From NCBI GenBank assembly GCA_903888345.1, contig CAISTG010000061.1, forward strand, positions 18,512 to 82,511: a stretch of 64,000 bases of DNA. The letters are read 5' to 3'. The translations under genes were made by a program, and so were the position numbers. The stretch comes from Candidatus Buchananbacteria bacterium (GTDB lineage: Bacteria; Patescibacteriota; Patescibacteriia; 2-01-FULL-39-33). Position 1 is the stretch's first letter, and each line of letters opens with the position of its first letter. The notes beneath the pieces were generated by a model, which saw nothing but the letters and a program-made list of their open reading frames with translations, was not told the DNA's origin and did no database searches. Positions 37,883 to 45,075 of this stretch are shown piece after piece.

Positions 37883-38854
37883 ATGAAAAAAATAATTAGA
37901 ATTTTTACTAGTGGGGCCAGTAAACTTGGTGGTGTTATGGGTCGGTTGCGTGATAAGATTTTCCGTCGACAAGCGGAAGCTACAAGACGTGAAAAAATTA
38001 AACAAGGACTGTTAGTTGGTTTGAGTATTGCTTTGATAGCCGTGATTGTTTTAGCAGTTGCCTGGTTTGTTTGGTCTAAAATAACCAGTAATGGTGAATT
38101 GCAACAGAAAATCGCTAATCCAGTGGCTGAGGCCAAGGTCTATATCGTTACTAGTGGTAGTTGCGGTAATAAATGTTGGGACACACAATTGTTTTTGGAT
38201 GCTTTGACTCAACGTAATATTAAAATTGTCTCCAGTAAAAAAGCTTATGTTGGTTGGTGGCCATTTAGTTTTGGTAATGCTTTGGTCAAGAAATATAAAA
38301 TCACTAAAGTGCCAACTGTTGTGGTTGAATTTACCGGCAATAATAAACCAGACATTACGAGTTTCTTTAATGCCAATTTGGGAACGGTCACCAACGGTGT
38401 CTTTGTACTTGGTAAAATTTTGGCGCCATATTACGATTTAACCGCCAAGAAAATTACTGGCTTAGTCAGTGTCACTTATTTAAGTGATAAGACTTGTACT
38501 GATTGTTATGATGTTACTAAACATGATGTGGCGTTAAAGAATTTAGGAGTTGATACTAGTGGCGCCAAAACTGTGGACATTAGCAGTACTGCGGGCAAGT
38601 CATTGATTAGTAAATATAATATCACTAAAATTCCAACCGTTTTAGTCTCGGGCGAGGTTAGTGAGTATCAAGTGCTGGCACAAGCTTGGGCAGATGTCGG
38701 TATTGTCGCAACTGATGGCACTTATATTTTCACTAATGTTGATTTAATGGACGGTTCTTATAAGGATTTGACGACCGGAAAAATTATTAAGACTGATCCA
38801 GCTAAAGCGGTTCCGGCAACTTCAGCCGTTCCTGTTACTCCCACAAAAAAATAA
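37883..38854 (+). CDS. Membrane-anchored protein with two thioredoxin-fold repeats (extracytoplasmic)
   Basis: Start moved to the ATG at 37883, after the LutB-like stop. TM helix 'LLVGLSIALIAVIVLAVAWFVW'. Repeat 1 'SGSCGNKCW...ITKVPTVVVEF' and repeat 2 'DKTCTDCYD...ITKIPTVLVSGE' each carry a CxxC/CxxxC plus a cis-Pro-like motif. Confidence 0.5.
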   Translation: MKKIIRIFTSGASKLGGVMGRLRDKIFRRQAEATRREKIKQGLLVGLSIALIAVIVLAVAWFVWSKITSNGELQQKIANPVAEAKVYIVTSGSCGNKCWDTQLFLDALTQRNIKIVSSKKAYVGWWPFSFGNALVKKYKITKVPTVVVEFTGNNKPDITSFFNANLGTVTNGVFVLGKILAPYYDLTAKKITGLVSVTYLSDKTCTDCYDVTKHDVALKNLGVDTSGAKTVDISSTAGKSLISKYNITKIPTVLVSGEVSEYQVLAQAWADVGIVATDGTYIFTNVDLMDGSYKDLTTGKIIKTDPAKAVPATSAVPVTPTKK

Positions 38855-38872
38855 AAAATTATCTTTATAAAA

Positions 38873-38900
38873 ATCCCGCTCGGTCGAGCGGGATTTTTTT
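38873..38900. terminator. Bidirectional intrinsic terminator
   Basis: A-run, then TCCCGCTCG-gt-CGAGCGGGA, then T7, between convergent genes. Confidence 0.75.
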
Positions 38901-38907
38901 GATGTTG

Positions 38908-39549
38908 TTATTTTCCTTCTAATTCTAGCTTGAAAGCGGCCAGAAAGTCTTTCAAGAATGCGGTTCGTCTGGCGGCTATTTCTTTGGCGGTGTTGGTGTG
39001 CATGCGATCTCCAACTTTAAGTAAGCGTTCATAAAATAAGTCCAAAGCATTTTGGGAGGCGTCGGGCAGACGGGCTTCACAAAAAGGATCAGTTGAATTG
39101 TAAAATGGCCGTTTCATTTGGCCAGTAGAGGAGTAGGTTCGCATAATCGAAATAGCACCGGTTGCTTCTAGACCATCAGCGTCTTGTAGTATCTTTGACT
39201 CTAGTAACTCAGGCAGAATACCCTTACTGAAAGAGCACTCAATGATGCAAGTCTTAATAGCTTCAATTTTTTCTTTATTAAAATCATAGAGGTCATTTAG
39301 GATTTTTTCGGCCTCCGCAGCACTATCGGCTTGTGACTTAAACCTATCGGGGTGGTCTTTGGGATACACTATCAAATCGTGAAATAGTGCGGCTGGTATA
39401 ATTATTTCTAAATCACCACCCTCAAGACTGGCAATTCTTTCGGCGTTCGCCAGGACTCTAGCGGCATGTTCAAAATCATGAGAAACATCTTGACTAGAAA
39501 TCTTATCGCGAGCAATTTTTATTAGTTGATTTTTTAATTCACTGTCCAT
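38908..39549 (-). CDS. HD-domain phosphohydrolase
   Basis: 'HDFEHAARV' and 'ALFHDLIVYP' H..HD..D metal-binding motifs. Start trimmed to the ATG (MDSELKN) at 39549 to avoid overlap with maf. Confidence 0.65.
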   Translation of the reverse strand: MDSELKNQLIKIARDKISSQDVSHDFEHAARVLANAERIASLEGGDLEIIIPAALFHDLIVYPKDHPDRFKSQADSAAEAEKILNDLYDFNKEKIEAIKTCIIECSFSKGILPELLESKILQDADGLEATGAISIMRTYSSTGQMKRPFYNSTDPFCEARLPDASQNALDLFYERLLKVGDRMHTNTAKEIAARRTAFLKDFLAAFKLELEGK

Positions 39550-39562
39550 AAGCCAGCTAATA

Positions 39563-40141
39563 TTAATTAAGAATCTTAATACCGAACTTTTTGAGTGTTT
39601 CTGATAATACAAATAGGGGTAGACCGACGACGTTGAAGAAGTCGCCGTCGATTTTCTTGATAATGACCGCACCCAGTTCTTGAATGCCGAAGGCGCCAGC
39701 CTTGTCCAGTGGCTCGCCAGTTTTAATGTAACCGGAAATTTCTTGATCGGATAGTTTTTTGATATAAACTTTTGTTTCGACAGCCTGAGAAATTTTTCTT
39801 CCGCTGCTAGTGTCGATAACTGTTAATCCCGAGATTACTGATACCGCTTTGCCGCTAATCTGCTTAAGCATTTTTTTTGCAGTTTCTTTGGTGTGTGGCT
39901 TGCCTAATAGTTTATCGTTAAGGGCGACAAAAGTGTCGGCGGCAATAATGATATGATTGGGATATTTTTTGACAACCGCCAGAGCTTTGCCAGTGGATAA
40001 TGTTTTCGCTAACTGTAATGGCTTTAGCTTGAGCGTCATGTCTTCTTCATAATCGCTGCTAACTGCAGTGAACTTAAGATTAAGTTTCTCCATTAACTCC
40101 TTGCGGCGAGGTGAGGTGGAGGCGAGAATTATTTGTTTCAT
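39563..40141 (-). CDS. maf: Maf-like nucleoside triphosphate pyrophosphatase
   Basis: 'IILASTSPRRKELMEKLNL' Maf signature. Confidence 0.85.
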   Translation of the reverse strand: MKQIILASTSPRRKELMEKLNLKFTAVSSDYEEDMTLKLKPLQLAKTLSTGKALAVVKKYPNHIIIAADTFVALNDKLLGKPHTKETAKKMLKQISGKAVSVISGLTVIDTSSGRKISQAVETKVYIKKLSDQEISGYIKTGEPLDKAGAFGIQELGAVIIKKIDGDFFNVVGLPLFVLSETLKKFGIKILN

Positions 40142-40401
40142 AGTTTATTTTTAATGAAATAATATATTAGTACACCGATGGCGATAATAATAGACGTAAA
40201 TATCAATAGCCAGCCAATCGGAATTAAGGCAAAGGGCTCAATGAGGGTGCCGTCGGCAGCAACAGATGATCCTATGACGCTATAGGCGGCAAAACAAACG
40301 AGACCAAATATCAAAGGAATCATGGCAACTAGATATAATTTTTTCATTTTGTTAATTTTATAAATTACCTTAATTTTAACAAAAAGGCAAGTACTTAGCA
40401 A
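40138..40401 (-). CDS. Small membrane protein (2 TM), unknown function
   Basis: 87 aa, hydrophobic, 4-bp overlap with the maf start. Confidence 0.4.
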   Translation of the reverse strand: MLSTCLFVKIKVIYKINKMKKLYLVAMIPLIFGLVCFAAYSVIGSSVAADGTLIEPFALIPIGWLLIFTSIIIAIGVLIYYFIKNKL

Positions 40402-40498
40402 TTTAGCGACTTTAAACCATTGACATAATGGTAATTACTTGATATATTTAGTTATTCTGTGTTCATTGATAAATAGCAACACTAGGAAAGGACCGCGT

Positions 40499-40732
40499 AT
40501 GAATATTCTTGGTGCTATGGCTGAAGTTGGAAGAGAAGAGAAAGAGGCATGTTGTCACTGTGGTAAGGTCTGGTATAAAGAGCACCATCGTGATGGTGTT
40601 TGTCGTCAGTGTCAAAGTCTTGGCAGGGTTGGTCCGCAAGAATTGGCCCGGCGGAAGCGCTCAATGCTGACCTATCTCATCGCTGTTATAGTCATTTTCT
40701 TGGTGCTAATCGTTAGCGCTATATTTAAGTAG
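40499..40732 (+). CDS. Small Zn-ribbon protein with C-terminal TM helix
   Basis: 'CCHCGK...CRQC' four-Cys ribbon and a C-terminal 'YLIAVIVIFLVLIVSAIF'. GC higher than surroundings by eye. Confidence 0.4.
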   Translation: MNILGAMAEVGREEKEACCHCGKVWYKEHHRDGVCRQCQSLGRVGPQELARRKRSMLTYLIAVIVIFLVLIVSAIFK

Positions 40733-40754
40733 AAAACAACACTGGAGATTTGTC

Positions 40755-41099
40755 ATGTTGGAGAGAAAAGACTTGGCTGTTGGTAAGTTGGTTTGGTGGC
40801 CTCGTTTGGTTGCCGGAATTGATGATGGTCATCCCTGTGTCATTACTTGGGTGGGTAAAGAAAGCATTAGAATTACCTCGCTGTATAATTTGAGCGAGCT
40901 TTCTAATTTGGTGATTGATGAGGTTTTATCTGAGTGGGAGCGCTGTTCATTTCTGCGCGCACTTGAGTATGTTCGTGGCAGAAAAAAAGAACTCAAAATT
41001 GAGTTGAAAGATTTGGAAAGAAAGACTAAGGAGTCCAGGGAGTTTCGTCAGCGATACAAACTGGGACTTGAGGAGATTTTGAGTACTTTGGGTGAATAG
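40755..41099 (+). CDS. Hypothetical protein (114 aa)
   Basis: ORF with GC-richer codon usage and a charged coiled-coil-like C-terminus. No recognisable family. Confidence 0.35.
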   Translation: MLERKDLAVGKLVWWPRLVAGIDDGHPCVITWVGKESIRITSLYNLSELSNLVIDEVLSEWERCSFLRALEYVRGRKKELKIELKDLERKTKESREFRQRYKLGLEEILSTLGE

Positions 41100-41106
41100 T
41101 AATACG

Positions 41107-41137
41107 GCCTTGGCTTTTAGCCAGGGCTTTTATTTTT
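41107..41137 (+). terminator. Intrinsic terminator
   Basis: GCCTTGGCT-ttt-AGCCAGGGC (9 bp including one G:U pair) followed by TTTTATTTTT. Confidence 0.7.
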
Positions 41138-41209
41138 GGTTGCATTTTTGGGCTAAAAATGGTATAGTTTTAACAAATAAATAATCACTGGATCCCCGCC
41201 TTCGCGGGA

Positions 41210-41908
41210 ATGACGAAGATGAAACTCTATATTGTGGCGACGCCACTAGGCAATTTGGGGGATATCACTTTACGGGCTTTAGAAATTCTAAAGTCAGTGC
41301 CTTTGATTGCCTGCGAAGATACTCGTGTGTCCTCAAGGTTGCTTAGTCATTACGAAATTACGACCAAAACTGTTTCTTATCACCAACACAGCACAGCTGG
41401 CAAGGTTGATTTTTTGTTGGACAAATTGGCAGAAGTGGGGGAGATGGCGGTTATTACTGACGCTGGAACGCCTGGTATTTCTGACCCGGGCAATCTACTA
41501 GTGGAGGCAGCAGTTAAGAAATTCGGTTCTCAGTGTGAAATAATTCCAATTCCTGGTGCTTCAGCTATCATTTCTATTTTATCGGTTTCTGGCCTACCAA
41601 CAGACAGATTTTTATTTTTAGGTTTTATTCCTCATAAGAAAGGTAAGGAAACAATGCTTAAAAGAATTATTGAAAGTGAAGAAACGGTGATCTTTTATGA
41701 ATCAACTCATCGGATCGTTAAAACTTTGGAGAAAATGAAGGAAATGATGCCCGAGGGGGCAATTAATCAGAGACGTCTCGTCATTGGCCGCGAACTGACG
41801 AAAAAATTTGAAACAATTTATCGTGGCAACGTTAAAACAATTTTAGAAAACTTAACGACTACCAGTACCAAAGGAGAATTTGTGGTGGTAGTAGAAGGAA
41901 AGAAATAA
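41210..41908 (+). CDS. rsmI: 16S rRNA (cytidine1402-2'-O)-methyltransferase RsmI
   Basis: 'KLYIVATPLGNLGDITLRALEIL...ACEDTR' tetrapyrrole-methylase fold N-terminus typical of RsmI. Confidence 0.8.
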   Translation: MTKMKLYIVATPLGNLGDITLRALEILKSVPLIACEDTRVSSRLLSHYEITTKTVSYHQHSTAGKVDFLLDKLAEVGEMAVITDAGTPGISDPGNLLVEAAVKKFGSQCEIIPIPGASAIISILSVSGLPTDRFLFLGFIPHKKGKETMLKRIIESEETVIFYESTHRIVKTLEKMKEMMPEGAINQRRLVIGRELTKKFETIYRGNVKTILENLTTTSTKGEFVVVVEGKK

Positions 41909-42013
41909 CGAATAAAACCTGGATTCCGGGTCAAGCCCGGAATGACGGGAATTAAAACTTAACGACTACCAGCACCAAAGGAGAATTTGTGGTGGTAGTA
42001 GAAGGAAAATAAT

Positions 42014-43516
42014 ATGTCAAAATTTTATATCACAACTCCAATTTATTATACCAATGGCGACCCGCATATTGGTTCAGCCTATCCAACCATTGCTTGCGAT
42101 GTTTTAGCGCGTTATCATCGTCTCAAAGGCGATGATGTTTGGTTCTTGACTGGGGCTGATGAACATGGTGCCAAAATGGCCGAAACAGCAGAAAAGGCAG
42201 GCAAGTCGCCACAAGAATTTTGTGATGAAACTGCGGCTAAATATATGGAGTGCTGGGATGAGCTTAATATCTCTAATAATGATTTTATTCGTACTACCTC
42301 GCAGCGACATAAGGTGGCAGTTAGAAAATTATTACAACAATTAAAAGATGCTGGGGCTATTTACGAAGGTCAATACGAGGGTTTTTATTGCCAGGGCTGT
42401 GAATCGTTCGTGACAGAAAAAGACTTAGTTGATGGAAAATGTCCCGATCACGGAGTTGAACCGAAATTAATTAGCGAAAAAAATTATTTTTTTAATTTGA
42501 AGAAGTATTTACCTGAGGTTAAAAAAATGATCGATGCTGATGAAATTAAGATTTTACCGATCAATAAAAAGAAAGAAGTTTTAGGATTATTCAAACAAGA
42601 GATTAATGATTTTTCTGTTTCTCGTCAGAATTTGAAATGGGGGATTCCTTTACCCTGGGATGAAAGCCAAGTAACTTATGTTTGGGTTGAAGCCTTGATG
42701 AATTATGTTACTGCTTTGGGTTATGGAACTGATGATGAAAAAAAATTAGAACAATTTTGGCCGGCGGATGTTCATGTTGTCGGCAAAGAAATTATTAAAT
42801 TCCATTGTATTTTTTGGCCTGCCATGTTATTAGCTGCCGGGTTACCAATGCCTAAAGCTATTTATGCTCATGGGCTATTTACGATTGACGGCGTTAAAAT
42901 GGGCAAGTCAAGAGGCAATGTTATTGATCCGTTTAATTTAATTAAGGAATTTGGTACGGATGCTACGAGATATATATTGTTATCGCAATTTCCGTTTGGT
43001 CAGGATGGTGATATTAAGGCGTCACAATTTGTCATTCAATATAATTCGGATTTAGCTAACGGGGTGGGTAATTTTTCTAGTCGCGTCACCGCGATGGCTG
43101 AAAAATATTTTACTGGCGTGGTTCCGGCTCGTGACACTGAATTAAAAAATGAAGTAGAGGCCATCTGGGTAGAATATGAAAAAGCGTTAGAGGGTTTTCA
43201 AGTTGATGGTGCGATTGAGGCAATTAAAAAGTTACAGTCATTAGGTGATGGTTATGTTGAAAAAAACAAGCCCTGGGAATTAGCCAAAACTGACGAAGCT
43301 CGCTTGAAAGAAGTAATTTACAATTTGCTAGAATTATTGCGACACCTAGGTGTTGCCCTCTGGCCGGTGATGCCAGAAACGGCCGAAAAGATTTTGGCTG
43401 CCTTAGGGCAAAATAATTTTACTAGCCAGAATTTCTCGTTACTGAAGGTTTGGGGTTTGCTCGAACCGGAAAGCAAAGTCAGCAAGAATGAAGCTTTATT
43501 TCCTCGTATCCAATAA
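42014..43516 (+). CDS. metG: Methionyl-tRNA synthetase (short form lacking the C-terminal tRNA-binding domain)
   Basis: 'PIYYTNGDPHIGSAYP' (HIGH), 'KMGKSRGN' (KMSKS) and Zn knuckle 'CQGCESF...CPDHG'. Confidence 0.9.
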   Translation: MSKFYITTPIYYTNGDPHIGSAYPTIACDVLARYHRLKGDDVWFLTGADEHGAKMAETAEKAGKSPQEFCDETAAKYMECWDELNISNNDFIRTTSQRHKVAVRKLLQQLKDAGAIYEGQYEGFYCQGCESFVTEKDLVDGKCPDHGVEPKLISEKNYFFNLKKYLPEVKKMIDADEIKILPINKKKEVLGLFKQEINDFSVSRQNLKWGIPLPWDESQVTYVWVEALMNYVTALGYGTDDEKKLEQFWPADVHVVGKEIIKFHCIFWPAMLLAAGLPMPKAIYAHGLFTIDGVKMGKSRGNVIDPFNLIKEFGTDATRYILLSQFPFGQDGDIKASQFVIQYNSDLANGVGNFSSRVTAMAEKYFTGVVPARDTELKNEVEAIWVEYEKALEGFQVDGAIEAIKKLQSLGDGYVEKNKPWELAKTDEARLKEVIYNLLELLRHLGVALWPVMPETAEKILAALGQNNFTSQNFSLLKVWGLLEPESKVSKNEALFPRIQ

Positions 43517-43674
43517 TTAATTATAATTCACCCTGTTAAATATATTATAATCCGCCGCGGCGGATTATAATATAGATTTGAACCCAGTTTAGATCACGGG
43601 GCTTTCAATATTTATTAATAACACATAAGACTGGATAATCAATAATATTCAAATCTTATTTAACGGGGTAAATT

Positions 43675-44196
43675 ATGACTTTTGCGCTTGTTGATGTCAT
43701 TTTAATTCTGATTCTTTTTAGTTTTGTTATTGCTGGGTTCTTGTTGGGATTAATTCGTTCCATTGGCTCAATTGTTGGTTTGGTGGCTGGAACCTGGGCA
43801 GCTGGCTATTACTTTATGCCGGTTACGGATTGGTTAACTCCGATATTTATGGGCAATGCCTTAGCCGCTAAATTTGTTGCTTTTTTTGCAATTTTTACCA
43901 TCATTAATCGCTTAGTGGTCTTAATTTTTCATTTGCTTGATAAAGCCTTTTCGCTGCTATCGATTATTCCGTTCATGAAATCGATTAATCGCTTAGGCGG
44001 CGTAATTCTGGGGGCGGTGGAGGGAGTTTTAACCGTTGGTATCGCCCTATATGTTATTTCTAAATTCGTTCCTAATTCCAGTTTTGTCGTCAAGACTTTA
44101 AATGATTCGCAGATCGCCCATTATTTGGTGATGTTGTCTAAATTATTAACAACACTCTTACCTGATGCTTTTGATAAAATTAAATCTGTCTTATAA
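43675..44196 (+). CDS. cvpA: CvpA-family membrane protein
   Basis: 173 aa, 4 TM helices. 'ILILILFSFVIAGFLLG' start is typical of CvpA. Confidence 0.6.
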   Translation: MTFALVDVILILILFSFVIAGFLLGLIRSIGSIVGLVAGTWAAGYYFMPVTDWLTPIFMGNALAAKFVAFFAIFTIINRLVVLIFHLLDKAFSLLSIIPFMKSINRLGGVILGAVEGVLTVGIALYVISKFVPNSSFVVKTLNDSQIAHYLVMLSKLLTTLLPDAFDKIKSVL

Positions 44197-44199
44197 CTT

Positions 44200-45075
44200 A
44201 TGTTAGTTGATTCTCATTGCCATGTAAACTTTATTGCCTATAAAGATGACGCCGATCAGGTGATCAAGGATTTTTTGCGCGATAATTATGCTCTGATGGT
44301 AGTTGGCAGTCAAGATTCAACTTCCAGGCGCGCTATTGAATATGCCGATAAGTATGAACGTGGCGTGTATGCGGCGGTTGGTTTGCATCCGATTGATTTA
44401 ATTGATGAGACCGAGGACACCATAGTGATGGATGGCCAGCCTTATACTTTTAAGAATCGTCAGGAAGATTTTGATCAAGACCGTTATCGTCAATTAGCTC
44501 AGTCATCGGATAAGGTTAAGGCGATTGGTGAAGTTGGCTTGGATTATTATTATTTTGACAAATTTTCTAATGACCAGTTGCCAGGATTTAAAGCGAAACA
44601 AAAAGAAGCCTTAATCGGTTTTATTGAATTGGCTGAAAATCTTGACTTACCGGTGATTTTTCATTGCCGCGGTGAAAGAACTGATCCAACTGGTGCCTAT
44701 CAAGAATTATTAGAGTTAATTACTGATGAAGTGAATCATGGTCGTAATATCAGAGGTGTGGTGCATTGCTTTGGTGGTAACATGAAACAGGCGCAGAAAT
44801 TTGTGGAATTAGGATTATATATTGGTATCACTGGTATCGTGACTTTCAAAAGTAAAAATGAAGAATTACAAAAGATTGCTCGGGAGTTACCTCTTAGTAA
44901 GATTTTAATTGAAACTGATGCGCCTTTCTTATCGCCGGAACCGCATCGTGGCGCTAGATGTCTACCGCAATATGTTGAGTTTGTGGCTAGGAAAATTGCG
45001 GAACTCAAAGGGATGAGTTATGAAGAGCTGGCTGAGGCCACAACACAAAACGCTAAAAATTTATTTCGCATCTAA
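44200..45075 (+). CDS. tatD: TatD-family metal-dependent hydrolase/DNase
   Basis: 'LVDSHCHV' N-terminal motif, 'GEVGLDYY' and 'HCF'. Confidence 0.8.
   Translation: MLVDSHCHVNFIAYKDDADQVIKDFLRDNYALMVVGSQDSTSRRAIEYADKYERGVYAAVGLHPIDLIDETEDTIVMDGQPYTFKNRQEDFDQDRYRQLAQSSDKVKAIGEVGLDYYYFDKFSNDQLPGFKAKQKEALIGFIELAENLDLPVIFHCRGERTDPTGAYQELLELITDEVNHGRNIRGVVHCFGGNMKQAQKFVELGLYIGITGIVTFKSKNEELQKIARELPLSKILIETDAPFLSPEPHRGARCLPQYVEFVARKIAELKGMSYEELAEATTQNAKNLFRI

Noticed and set aside
37787-38136. Minus-strand ORFs 37787-38005 and 37870-38136, and the long N-terminal extension of the 37796 ORF
   Set aside because: They overlap the LutB-like stop and the AT-rich start region. The plus-strand gene is better started at the ATG at 37883, after the upstream stop.
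41195-41208. rsmI-flanking hairpins as integron attC sites or tRNA fragments
   Set aside because: No GTTRRRY / RYYYAAC core sites and no integrase nearby. The T-arm-like resemblance of copy B (GGGTCAAGCCC) is not shared by copy A.
41857-42010. Interpreting the 55-bp direct repeat flanking copy B as a transposon target-site duplication
   Set aside because: Far longer than any known TSD, and there is no transposase or terminal inverted repeats. Treated instead as gene-remnant duplication or recombination footprint.
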